A stretch of 64,000 nucleotides of DNA, taken from NCBI GenBank assembly GCA_028023455.1, contig JAQFVV010000009.1, positions 17,112,001-17,176,000 on the forward strand, given 5' to 3'. The notes beneath the pieces were generated by a model. The model was not told the DNA's origin. It worked only from the letters and a program-made list of their open reading frames with translations, and searched no databases. This DNA is from Epiperipatus broadwayi (lineage: Eukaryota > Animalia > Onychophora). The position numbers were made by a program, and so were the translations under genes. The number at the start of each line of letters is the position of its first letter. Positions within the stretch are counted from its first letter, which is position 1. Shown here in pieces: positions 13,901 to 26,933 of this stretch.

Positions 13901-14835
13901 TTGTGACCTTACTGAATATATGCCTTTCTAAATTGTTAGTACTCTTGTGTGTACACCATTCTGTGACATCTTTTACCTACCTCAAAAATGAACTCTTCCA
14001 CATATTTTTATGACTCAGTATAAGCTGGGTAAATTATTTTCATTTTATTAAAGTCAACAGCCTTTCTGTAATCTTATAATACAACCATACAATATTTACT
14101 GGTTGAAAGTTGCTCAAGTGCTGCTATTTATTACTAGGGGGTTTGTTAAAGAATCTTATTTGTAACTTATATTACAGTGCTAACTGGATCATATTCACAT
14201 CATATAACCAATATATTATCAGCATATCAATCTGCCCACACCAGAGTAACATGTTAATGAATATATATGTATGATTTACTAACATGTAAAATAAAATTGT
14301 CTGTCTATTAACAAACTATAAAAGGAGGCTAATTAGGAATAACGAGAAAATTATTGTATAAATATTAAGAATCATTTTGTTTATAATCATGTTGATTAAA
14401 ATGGATATATATAACCCAAGCAGTCATATCGAATCATTGTTCTTTATTTATCAAGTACTATTATATTAAAGTATGCAAGCTATGTTGACTATGACTAGAT
14501 GATAAGATCTCACTAGTATTTATATGTTAAGCAATGTGAAAGATCGGGATCTTTTAATTACGTTCAAATCTGTGTGATTATGAGTATGTTAATGGATTTA
14601 CCGTGATGTCAATTTCTAAAGTCCCCTTGCTTCTCCGCTGTGTCTCCGGCCGTGAAAGTTAAAATAGATCGGGTATCATCGGGATTGTTGTTCATAAGTT
14701 GGTAGATCTGGAGAACAGGCAAACAGGATAGAGTTCATGAGTGCTCCGCACATATGTATCTCGAGCATGATTGGACTTGAGGTACTAATGCTTAGATTTT
14801 AGGTCGTTATATGAACATACAAAACCGACCGGTAC
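10970..14835 (-). repeat. Diverged repeat, copy B (paralogue of 1680-5580)
   Basis: Collinear with copy A; has an internal tandem duplication (~11150-11710 vs 11715-12250) and an extra insert at 12387-13137. Confidence 0.75.
12387..13137 (+). mobile_element. Insertion absent from copy A, ending in a degenerate hammerhead-like motif
   Basis: aattaaatag duplicated at ~12377-12386 and ~13138-13147, where copy A has one copy (~2565). 13044-13078 reads CTGATGA-A-GATTG-ctaggaa-CAGTC-GATA-CTATAG, followed by AATAAA. Confidence 0.5.
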
Positions 14836-14889
14836 AATATATATTGGATGTAATTTGATATGTAAATAATGCTTAATATGTAAATGAGG

Positions 14890-15060
14890 CATTTAAATGT
14901 TCCATTTTTTTTTATAATATAACATATAATCCAAGCCTCTTCATATTTTATTTTTCTGTTGATTCTTTCAACACAGATTGTTCTCACATTAGTGGAAGTG
15001 AAAGTGTAGCCCGTAGTGAGCTCATGATCAAGAAACATTGATTTGTATTGTTATTCTGTA
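14890..15060 (-). pseudogene. PLE GIY-YIG endonuclease C-terminal relic
   Basis: FLDHELTTGYTF...NVRTIC.E...KIKYEEAWII (ORF 14799-15038) resembles the H...GH.F...V.IL..E...KRK.KEA tail also seen at 59228-59470. Confidence 0.5.
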
Positions 15061-15479
15061 TGGTTCTGTTGTACAAGTATGTATGCTGGGCAATTCTCAT
15101 GGATTTAAAGAATTGCATTAATGAATTAATAATTTCCACATCCTTAAATCTTTTATCAATTATGTATATGAAATTTTAAATTTTTTATAGTAATTAATAT
15201 TTCAATTATTTTTTAAAAAAAAAAATTAAACATATATGCTATTTAAACAAAAAAATTGTGACTTTTTGCTTCTGATTTATTCTGAAGATACTTTTAGTAT
15301 TTTAATTATTGCCATAATTATTTGTTTATGTATACAACTTATTTAATTTACCATAAGATATCAATAATATATTAACACCATCTATATGTAAAGTAAGAAA
15401 GGTCGTTATGCACTGATCTAGCCAAAGATTGTAAAAGAGGAATTTTTTTGAGAAGCACCACTATTTTTAGCCAATCATT

Positions 15480-16250
15480 TCAATTGTTATTAATCCATAG
15501 CAGGATGAAAGTCTAGTTAAATCAAGTTTATCTGATAAATAGACTTTCTTCTCCACTTCATACCAAAAAAAACTTTTAATTTCATCCATTCATTTCATAT
15601 GTGGCCTTCTTTAGATCATTTACATTCTTTGGGAATATAATTAGAGATTGAAACTGACCATTTATTATCATCTTTTATAGAAATATGTCCAAAATCAATT
15701 CCACTTCAATCTCTTTCTTTCAATAAAATCAATGATATCTATTTATTCCTTAACTCATATATTTCGCTCTCAATCCCTTCTTGTTACTCCTAATATATAT
15801 CTTTCATATTTCAATGAGTAACCTGAAGTTCGTGTAATGCTCTTCTATTAAATGACCAAGTCTCAGATTAGGTAAAACCTGGTAAAACACATTTATTAAA
15901 AAACTTTTTCAAACACATAGATAAAGTTCCTTTTATTATTAAATTATTTACACCAAAAGCATTTCACTTACGTTTAATTCTACAATTAATTTCATTTAAA
16001 GTTTCCATTCATATATTTGTAATCATGAACTTCTACTTCATGATTATCAATCTTTATTTTTTTCTTCTATGAAAAACCATTGGGATTAACTTGTTGTTGT
16101 TTTTTTTTTTTAATCCTATTTTCTTACTTTCATCTAATAACTCCTATAATACACTTTGAAACTCTGAAACATTATTTGACAAAATAATCACATTATTTGC
16201 AAATTCTAGATTTAAATAAGATCTATGTATTTTTATTCCTTTAGCTACGC
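15480..16250 (-). mobile_element. Older, decayed RTE 3' fragment
   Basis: Collinear degenerate similarity to 16380-17100 of the adjacent RTE. Confidence 0.6.
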
Positions 16251-16357
16251 ATTTTAATCTATAAAATACTTTTATTATAACTGCTGTAAAAAGTTTTAGA
16301 GATGTGGAATCACCATGTCATATACTTTTTTTAATGTTGACCATCCATGATGTTAAT

Positions 16358-19300
16358 CATCATCATCATCATTATCAACCATTATCAATCCACTGCAGGA
16401 TGAAGGTCTCTCCAAGTTTAATCCATCTTCTCCGATCTTTAGCTTCTCTTCTCCACATCACCCCTACACATTTTCTTATTTCATCCATCAATCTTACATG
16501 TGGTCTCCTTCTGGGTCTTTTACAATCTCTTGGACTCCAGTTTAAAATTTCAACTGTCCATCTATTATCATCTCTTCTAGCAATATGTCCAGCCCAACTC
16601 CACTTCAATCTTTTAATTTTTTCAATGAGGTCAGTAACACCTGTTTGTTCTCTTACCCATACATTGCATTTTCGATCTCTTCTTGTTACTCCCAACATAC
16701 ATCTCTCCATACTTCTTTGAGTGGTCTGAAGTCTCTATATTGATCTTCTATTAAGTGTCCAAGTCTCAGATCCATAAGTAAGAACTGGTAAAACGCATTT
16801 GTTAAAAACCTTTCTTTTCAAACACATAGGCATATTTCCTTTTAATATCAAGTTATTTCTACCAAAAGCACTCCAACCAAGTTTAATTCTATGATTAATT
16901 TCCTCTATTATGTTTCCATCTCTATTAATAATCTGACCAAGGTATTTGTAACTCTTAACTTCTTCTAATTCATCATAATCAATCTTTATTTTCATATTTT
17001 GAGCAAATCGATTAAACATTACTTTAGTCTTTTTAACATTTATCTTTAGTCCTACTTTCATCTGATAACTCCTGCAACATTTCCTGCAGCTCGGAAGCAT
17101 TATTTGCAAAAACAACTACATCATCTGCGAAATCTAAATGACTTAAATAATCTCCATTTACTTTCACTCCTTTAGTTTCCCATTTTAATCCACAAAATAC
17201 TTCTTGCAGCACTGCTGTAAAAAGTTTTGGAGATATGGAGTCACCTTGTCTTACACCTTTCTCAATGTTGACTTTCCCAGTATCATTATGTAATCTAATT
17301 GTTGCTGTTGTATTTTTATAAATATTCTTTAAAATATGACAATATCCTGGATCTATACCTTGATGATCCAATGCTTTAATCACTGAAGAAATGTTTATAG
17401 AATCAAATGCCTTTTCATAATCTACAAATCCAAAACATAATGACAACTCATATTCATTTGTCCTTTCTATAACTTCTCTCAATACTTGAATATGATCTAC
17501 TGTACTAAAACCACTTTTAAATCCAGCTTGTTCTCTTGGTTGGTGAAAATCCAAGGTTCTCTGTAGACGAGTTGTAATTATCTTGGTAAAAATTTTATAT
17601 AAAACTGATAAAAGGCTGATAGGTCTGTAATTTCTAATATCTTCTTTATCACCTTTTTTAAATATTAATATTATTACTGCATTCTTCCAATCATCCGGTA
17701 CATCTTTATCATTTAGACATTTGGTATATAACTTTGCTAATATTTTTTCTGTTTCGTCACCTGCTTCTTTTAATATATCAATTATAATTCCATCATTACC
17801 TGGAGCCTTTCCTTTTTTCATACATTTAATTGCATTTCTCACTTCTTCATTTAAAATTCTGGGCAATTCGGAAGATGTAATAGATATAGGAGGTACTTGT
17901 TCTTTATTACTATATAATTCTTGATAAAAATCTTCTACCAATTTCATAATGTCATCCCTCTTTTTAGTAATAATTCCATCTTTTTTCCTTATTGCAGATA
18001 TAAATTTCCTACCAATACCAAAATGTTGTTTTACATTCTTAAGACTTTTATTTTCTTCTACAGCTTTTCTTGCTAGTTCACAGTTATACTTTCTTATATC
18101 ATTTTCAACTCTTTTCCGCACCATTTTACAAAATTCGAGATATTCAATTCTTTTTAATGCATCATTCTTGCATATCTTCATATTCCTTCTTTTCTTCATA
18201 AGTTCTCTAGTCTCAGTAGAAATTTTATTAGTCAATTGCTGCTTTTTTCTACCAGCTATCTTTGTTGCAGTTTTTAAAAGTGTATCAGTTATTTTCATAT
18301 TAATTTCATTCAAATCTGAATCATGTTCAAAATCTACTAATACTTGAAACCGATTTGTAATTTCTAATTTAAATTCATTAGAATGTTTCTGAAGATTAGG
18401 AATATCAACTGTAAATATAGTTTTTCTTAATAATTTTTGTCTCTCTAGTTTTACATTAACATGTATCTTACCCCTTACTAATCGATGATCACTTCCTGTG
18501 TTAAATTTATTAAGAACATTACAATCTTGAAATATGTATTTCCTGTTAGTCAAAATATAATCCAATTCTGCTGTACCTTCATTTGGATGCTTCCATGTCC
18601 ATTTCCTTCTAACATTTTTCTCAAAAAAAGAATTCATAATATAAAGTTTTTCCTTCTCTGCAAACTCCACAAGTCTATGTCCTCTCTCATTTCTATTACC
18701 ATAACCAAAATTACCTACAACACTTTCATCTTTCATTTGTTTACCAATTCTAGCATTAAAATCTCCCATAACAATTTTAAAATGTTGTTTACTCTGATCA
18801 AAAGCGTTTTGTACATCCATATAAAAATCTTCTACTACTTCATCACTGTGAGAACTTGTTGGGGCATAAACCTGAATTATCTGCATTTGATATCTGCTAT
18901 TAAGTTGTATAACTAATCTTGCCACTCTGTCTGATACACCATCAATCTCCACAATATTGTTCTTCCACCTTTTATTTATAATGAATCCTACTCCACTTGT
19001 ATTTCCAATATTTGTGCCTTTATAAAAGAGCATAGGTCCACTTTTTAAATCAATTGTCTCTTCACCTTTTCTTCTAACTTCACAACGTCCAATAATATCC
19101 CATTTAATATAAGAGAGTTCTTCTTCTAATTCTTGCAATCTTCCTTCACTTGAAAGTGATCTGCAGTTGTAAGTACCTAAATAAAAAGTCGTCATCAAAT
19201 GGCAGCCTGGGTCCGCCTCCAGGATATTCTTAGCACCCTCCGCCTTCGGCCACCAACCGCTGCCTTGGTTGGTGACTTTACAGCCTCCTGGGATTAAGGG

Positions 19301-19644
19301 CCATGCTTTATTTTTGTCTGTCATAATTGTATAATTGGGAAAAATCTTTATCATTTACACAAACATTCATTCTGCCTTATCAGGCACTGAGAAGAAAGAC
19401 CATGGTGTTTCTTGATCTTAAACTCAGAGGTAAAAAGCCAATAAACTCACCACGCTGGCTAATGCGTGTTGGTGAGCAGCCCATCCATGTTCGTATACTA
19501 TATGAATAAACATATAGTAATAACAGCTGCAACGACAAGAACGTATGGAGTGGACATTAGGAATTTGCCCTGCTCGGTTCCTTTAAGGCCTCCAAGAGGA
19601 ATCAAAGGGTCTCCTTTCAGTTAATAGCAAACTCCTTTCTGCAG
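16358..19644 (-). mobile_element. Full-length RTE-clade non-LTR retrotransposon (3287 bp)
   Basis: 13-bp TSD ccatgatgttaat at 16345-16357 and 19645-19657; (TGA)n 3' tail at 16358-16372; single APE+RT ORF; ~290-bp 5' UTR. Confidence 0.95.
16375..19354 (-). pseudogene. AP endonuclease-reverse transcriptase ORF with one frameshift and one premature stop
   Basis: APE motifs ([36 protein letters not shown]); RT motifs ([33 protein letters not shown]); frameshift near 17050; in-frame TAG at 16735-16737; C-terminal KWSWAGHIAR. Confidence 0.95.
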
Positions 19645-20908
19645 CCATGATGTTAATATAAATTGGTAAATAATTCATGGTATTTATTACAAATAACTTA
19701 TATTAATATAAAGTATTTTGAATTCTAGCAGTTTATACTCAAAGGAACACTATCCTATTATAGTTTCTTTTTATAGAAATGGTTGGTAATTTCCAAAATA
19801 AACTAACTACATTTTAAATTTAATACAAAGAGAGCAGAATCTATGTTATAATCATGTGATCAAATTTCAATACTCTCTTGCAAGGACAATTTAAAATTAA
19901 TAAATATTATTCAACATAAAGACCAGACCAATCTCTTATACTATATAATTATGTTTCAGAGAGCTTTTTGTATTAATAGATGATTTTCTTATCTATTTTA
20001 ATATTTAAATTTTATAAACACATACTTATAATTGAGCAACAAAATTAAACCATCTTCCCAATAATAACACATATTGTGAAAGATAGAGATAATTTCTATT
20101 CCATTTACAATCTTTATACATCTTATTCAATGTGTAATTAATAATCATATGCCAAATTATATATAATCATGTGAGTAAATCTCAATGCTTTCTTATAAGC
20201 ATAAGTTAATACTGATAAATGCTATTCAACACACATATGTATTTGCTCAATATGTAATTTATTTCTTATTTACTAAAATATTTTCTAACATTATTAAGTC
20301 TTCCAAAATAGATATGTTCTCCAAATCTTCTTGCTGAATTCTTGGCCACAAATTATTTAGTTAATATTTAATTGATGATAATATTTAATATAACATTTAG
20401 ACAAAGAGTACTTTTTTTTTACTTTATAAATAAGAAATAATAATTTGAAAGTTAATTTAATTTACTTTTCAGTATTGTTTTTCTTGTTAGTTTTTTTTTA
20501 AGTAGCTGCATTTATGTGTATATATCTTTAATGATTTTTTTTTTTTTTACTTTGATATTATGATTGATATAACACATATGGCTGAATAGATTATCAAGTT
20601 ATTATAGCTTGAAGTTAGTTACATCCATCATTTAGTAATCCAGATATTTATGTTCTATTATATATTTACTAGCCTGTTTCCATCAATATTTTTTTACTTA
20701 CCCACTGCAACATGCATTAGATATGAAGTATCTAATTTTTCCATTAAATATAAAGTATCTAATTTTTCGACCCCAGAATATTTTTCAAATTTTTGACTTT
20801 AAAATCCCCCTGTACTTAACTAAAATTTCAGTAACATTAAAACTTTAACCAATATAAAATAAAAAATATTGGGAATAAAATAGATTAAAATTGACCAATT
20901 TACCTTAC

Positions 20909-21016
20909 CTTATCAAGGTATTTTTCAAGACTTAATAATTGGGTACGAAGTTGATCAAGTGAAAAAACTGCTTCAGAAACTTTTCCTTTAAATTTTTTTA
21001 CATTGACAGCATCATT
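20909..21016 (-). CDS. Candidate internal exon of an unidentified host gene (NDAVNVKKFKGKVSEAVFSLDQLRTQLLSLEKYLDK)
   Basis: 108 nt, open in phase 0; acceptor tttatttgtag and donor AAG/gtaagg; non-repetitive. No partner exon confidently found. Confidence 0.55.
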
Positions 21017-21429
21017 CTACAAATAAATATTTTTGTTGTTTGTTTTTTTTTTAAAAAAAAAATCACAGTAAATATATTTTTAAAAATATTTTTAAACCTT
21101 TAAATGTTTTAGATAAAATAAGTTTTTTTTTTTTTAATTTAGTGTCATTTTATAACTCTGTCTAATAAAAAAAATTATTTGTATTGCTCCAAAATTTAAC
21201 ATCTAAATAAAATTCTACATTAAAAATGTTTTATCTATTTTAAATAGTTAATTTAAATATCATTTAACATAAGAATTTCATGATATACTGTACATCCACT
21301 ACCATGTACATCAACTGGGTTAAAATCCTGGCTATCTTTTTCAGATTCAATCAAGCTTAAGAATTTTCTTTCAAGTTAGAGATCCATAGTCAAATCAGCT
21401 AATTAACCAACCAATAGTGCTCTGTAAAT

Positions 21430-22235
21430 AGATTTTGATACTCGTACATTATCCTGTCTACCAACCTTAGCAGACTTTTTTTTTTTAATATACAGTTTCA
21501 GGGACATACAAATTCCATTCAGAAGATGTATTTCAATTTCTTTTTTTTTATAATATGATATTACATTTCTATTTTATTTTTATATTAATACAAAAAAATA
21601 ATAAAATGGAAATATAATTAATTATAATTAATAATAATAAAAGAATTTTTTTTATATATATTAATACAAAAGAATAATAATTAAGTTGAAATATTATAAT
21701 TAATTATAATTAACAATAATAAATAAAAGGTAAATGTTATAACATGTAAATGCTAATGTCTATATTTTAATACAAAAAAATAATATACTGGAAATATTAT
21801 AATTAATTATAATTTCAATAATAATAAAAGATAAATATTGTAACGCGTAAACAATGATGTCAATATATATAAAACAGTAATCAAATAACTTCAACCTTTT
21901 TTACAAATAATGAATCATCTTGATATGCATTATTTATAAAGGATAAGTGAGGATATTTGATTACTGTTTTAATATATATAAGCATTGGTGTTTAAACATT
22001 ATATTTACCTTTTATTTATTATTATTAATTATAATACTTCACTTTATTTTGCTTTTGTGTTAATATAATTAAAATAGAAGCATAATGTTATAATAAATAA
22101 AAAAGTAAATATTAAATACGAAATGTTTTTTTTTTTTTTAATATGTATTGTATTCCCCTGAAACTGTATATTTAAAAAAAAAAAACATCTGCCAAACTTG
22201 ATAGTTAGAATAATGTACAAGTACCTAGATTTCTA
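21430..22235. mobile_element. Fold-back/MITE-like element
   Basis: ~90-bp imperfect inverted arms (21430-21520 vs 22140-22235, core aatatacagtttcaggg / ccctgaaactgtatatt) enclosing AT-rich tandem repeats. Confidence 0.55.
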
Positions 22236-25200
22236 ATAATTCTTAATTAGTGGGTAAAAGAAGAACAAAGAACTGCTAAAACTGTTACCATGAGACATTT
22301 GGCAAGCGTGGTGAGTAATCCATTCCTTTTCAATATTTCTCTCTGGGAATAAAGGCTATTGGAGAGGCCTTTCTCCAGCAATAACTGTTAAAAGGCTGTT
22401 TTACTTATAATTAAAATCATACATTTGAAGGAGAATATAATTATGTGAAGTATTCAAAATATCTCTGAATAATAAAATATTACAGCACTTACAAAGCATT
22501 TGCAATTCTTACAATTTATTTTATATATCTATGAGAGTATTATATGCATTATTAATGTTTATTTAATTAACATGGAATAATAACAGTAATAATAAAAAAG
22601 ATACTTTAATAATTTATTGATCAATATGAGAATTTGACTACACTAAAAAATTTATATCAATAAATTAATGGATGCTACAGAATAAATTTCAGACCATAGT
22701 AAAAAGAAGCCAAGACAGTTTTAAGTGGTTAATAGAATCACATAGATTATGAATATTGAGAACTAAAATATTCAAAACAAAAAATGTATAGAAGTGACAG
22801 TGATAGATGAAAAAAATTGATTAAGAAGCAATAACATTAATATAGAATAAAAAAGACATTTGCATTAGTATCAAAAATAAACTTTCATGAAGTAGATAAA
22901 TGTCATAAGCAAGGCAATTATATTGAGTTTAGAAACATCATTTAACACAATGTTGGGGAAGAGTTAATTTCATATATCCAGCAAAAAAATAATTGAAAGT
23001 GATATAAATAAAAACAGTGTTTAATATAAAGTTATGCTTTCAGCAATTAAACTATGCACAAAACATTGATAATCAATAAAAAGTAATGTTTTTTTCCCCA
23101 TTTAAAAGTATTTTTACAGGAAATGTATCACTAAGAACATTAAAAAGCATTTAATTTTGTTGTGATAAATGACCTTTTATTGTTTTCTCTTTTTTAGTTT
23201 TCATTTAATTAAAAATCTTCTTCAGGAAAAGACAGATTAAAGTTGAATATTATCTACATAATTTATAATACAAATTCTAAATAGTAAACCAAGGCATGAC
23301 ATGTCTTTCATACACAGTTTATCCTTGAATATTAAAAATCCTTGGAAACTAACAAAGTATTAAAGAATAGTTCTACACTGAAATGGAAATATCCATTTTA
23401 AATTTATTTTAAGTAGTTTGCAAACAGGAGAAAGATTAATTAGTTTTTAATATCAAATTTAAAAAGAATTAGTTAGAAGCTAACAAGTAAAGCTTTCACA
23501 TTTTAATTTTGCAAATATACACATATATACATATATTGGGTATATAAATTAAATTTTATTTGAATAGTTTTATTTTGATAAAGGGGAGATTGTTGGTTTT
23601 TTTCCCTTTTCTTTCAAGAAAAAAAAAAGAAAAAAAAAGTTTAATCCCTATTTTAAAAAATAGTTTTAAAAAAAGTTTGACCTTTCTTTAAAATAAAAGA
23701 TAAAAAGATTTATTTTTGAAAACATTAATTAATGGATTAATTAAAATAATATAAAATGAAATCTTTCACTTTAATTAAAGTAAAATGTAATAAAAGTCAA
23801 GAGTCTTATTACATTAACTTTGTGTTATCAAAAGAAAACTAAGAAATTTTGTACTTTACTAATACATAAATGTGAATTTATTTTAATGTATAGAATAGTC
23901 CATTGGGAATAATTTCAATTAGTCCCCAAAATAAAATGTTATAATTTGTCTTGATAATTAAAATTTGATGAGATAAGACCTATGTATAGATAATTCTAAA
24001 AAAAAAAATTGCCTTTTACTTATTTCTTTAGGCTAGTGTTGTCATCATAAAAGTGAAATTGCAAACTGTGACAAAATTGAACCTCTCTATATTACTGGGA
24101 AGCTTTTCTATGATATGCTTACTTAAGTAAATCCTTCCTGGTAGGTATTCATCTTCCTTAGAAATGATCTGGCGGCATTTAATTTATTATATGCTAAATT
24201 ACTAGCTACCATGTCAAAGTCAATGGAAGGACCTGATCAAAACCAAGTAAATCCCCATAAATGTGGAAACCTGATTGTGACTCAAATAAGTAACAATAAA
24301 TGAAAGCTACAGAATGCTGAATTTTAAATTGCAACTACAAATTTTGTTCAATGTGAGCTCTAAATACATGTAAATGATGAAAAATAAAATATGCTACAAT
24401 GGTAGTTATAAAGTACCAGAAAATCTGTTGAACATTGAACTATTTTAACCATATAAAAGCCAAGATAAATTTATAAATTCACTTAAATTTATAAAGTTTC
24501 TTTTGGAATGTCATTTTAATGAATCATTGCAAAAGAGTTTCTAGTATAACATTTATTATGCTATTTTTATATCTTGTTTTGACTTTTTATTTAAATTAAC
24601 ATATACAATCTATCTGTTAATTGCAGTTATTTAATATATTTATTAAAATCTTAATTTGTAAGATTAGAAATGAGTTGTAAGGATTCAATTCTTAATAATT
24701 TTATTTTAAATTGTTATAACATGAAAATCAAGAGTTATCATCAGAAATCACTCATCATGAGAAATAATAATTTTATTATTGTATTATTATTGTTCTAAAT
24801 AAGTTATAAGACAAAGCATAATCGAAATTATAGGGGAAATCAAGTTTACGAATATAAAAAGGAGAAAAGCTGAATATCTTGTTAGTTGCTTATTGAAATT
24901 AGGATTTGAGTGTGTGTTTGTTATAAATTTAACTGAAATATAATAGATGTTACTTAAAAACTTTTAATTATAATTCCATTTTGATATTACACATAAGACT
25001 TATATGCAAGAAAAGAGTTTAAAAGATTTGGAATACATTTAAGAAATTTACACACATCATAAGTTCGATATATATTATATAACATATGAAAAATCTTAAT
25101 CATTTATGCATATTTTTATATTTAGAGAAATTTTGATATGATTAATATTTATGCATTTGATATTGTTATATGAATTTAATATATTTTCTTAAGTTTGCTA

Positions 25201-25699
25201 GGGTATGCATTTTCTTGTTGAATTATTCAGATGTGCAGTGACTAAATACTTATTATGAATGCTAAGATATTAAAATCATATAATAATTAGAATAAGCTTA
25301 CTTGGGCACAATCATGGTGAATTTGATTTGCTGTAAGACTGACATTTGAAATCATTGCACACACATCAATGGCTTGGTTTTAATAGATATAACCATCAGT
25401 TTTAAATTTAATTAAATATATTACTGGAAATTTATATAAAGATCCAAGAGGGTATATATAAAAGAGAAATATATTGCTATAATGAATAATATTTCAGTAG
25501 TGTAATTACACTACAAAAGCATTATTCATTAAGTAAATAATCTCTAGTCTAATGAATGACTAATAAAAATTATTAATATATATTGCTTTACCTTGTAAAT
25601 GTTCACATCAAATAATTAAGAAAGGAGTTATTTGTCAAAATATCTGTTAAGATATTTATGTTAATTTATAGTATAACAGAAATACTAAATTATTATTAA

Positions 25700-26200
25700 A
25701 TATGCACTTTAATCTATTTGAGTCTGATAACTCTCTGCGATCTAGGAGACAAACTGAAATATTAATAATGGTTAAAGAGTCTATAGGGCTTATGATTGAA
25801 TATCTTCATCAGTAAATTGGAAATTTCCTACAAGGATCAGTAAATGGAACCTCTATTGCAGCCTGATTCTAACTGGTAACATAATAACACCACTAAGTAA
25901 TATAAATTGAAAAATTCTATAGGATAAATCTAATGGTACCTTTTGATAATTGATATTGATCATATCTGCAGGTTCCTTTGTCCATTACAATATAAATATG
26001 GTAAAATAAAATATAGTTTTTAAATATCCAGTGAGATTCTAAAGTCGTTGGAATAGAAATGAGCATTAAGAGCACTATTCCATTTCTATCATTCTACTCC
26101 AAAGATACAATTATAAGCATCTGTAATCAATTAAAAAACTGATGGAAATAATTAACTTTAATGCAGATGTTGAATATAACTGGAAAGAGAATACAGACTG
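25700..26200 (-). pseudogene. Highly decayed PLE-type RT relic
   Basis: Minus-strand ISLDI*KLYFILP and, downstream, YQLESGC..GS resemble the PLE motifs SLDV.SLYT.IP and Y.Q..G.AMGS. Confidence 0.35.
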
Positions 26201-26902
26201 AATCTTTTTTATGGTAAGCTACATTTTCTTCACAATATCAAACACATAAAGAATAAGATATAATAAAACAGCTTTCTACAATGCCTGAACAATGTAACAC
26301 ATTATAAGCCTATTAAATATTCAATAAATATTTCAATTATGCAGTGATGCTCTGACTTAGCATATACAGATTATCTACAAGATACTTCTATTATCTAGAG
26401 ATTATCCATTTAATGAATAATATTTCTGTAGTATAATTTTCACTATGCCATTGTCACACAAGGTGCGGACTGGTTTGTATCCACTTTTAATCTTGTGTGG
26501 AATGACTAATAAAAATTCTTAATATATTTCTATTATAGTCAAATGACATAAAAAAAAAAAAAAAAAGTGATAGTTCCATTCAAATGAACAAATAAATTTT
26601 TACTTTCTATAACCCTTTTTTTATTTTCTTCATTTAAGAATCAAATCAGAAACTTTCAGTTCTAGAATTTGCTGCTGCCACTAAAACAAATCAAACTTGC
26701 TATAACAATTAAATCATGTGGTAGTTAATTTAACGATTTGATTTGGTAAATCTTCTGGAGTTCTAATAAAGAATGATCAACAATTCCCCTCTAATTGTCA
26801 TGATGTTTCATGTTAAATCTACTGACCAAAAGTAGCTTGCAGTTAGGTCAAAATAATTAATCTAATGACGATGACTCATTTCTTTTTTATTTTAATATTA
26901 TT

Positions 26903-26906
<4 letters not shown>

Positions 26907-26933
<27 letters not shown>
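26907..26933 (+). repeat. (TC)n microsatellite
   Basis: Direct reading. Confidence 0.95.

Noticed and set aside
19500-19644. HDV-like ribozyme at the RTE 5' end (TTCCTCT, GGGCAA and CTAA motifs on the minus strand)
   Set aside because: RTE 5' UTRs can carry such ribozymes, but I could not assemble consistent P1, P2 and P3 pairings by hand. An RNArobo or Infernal search would settle it.
22251-22310. Apparent plus-strand exon WVKEEQRTAKTVTMRHLASV with a GTGAGT donor
   Set aside because: The donor lies in gcgtggtgag, a motif shared with the RTE 5' UTR (19447-19475), so it is probably repeat-derived.
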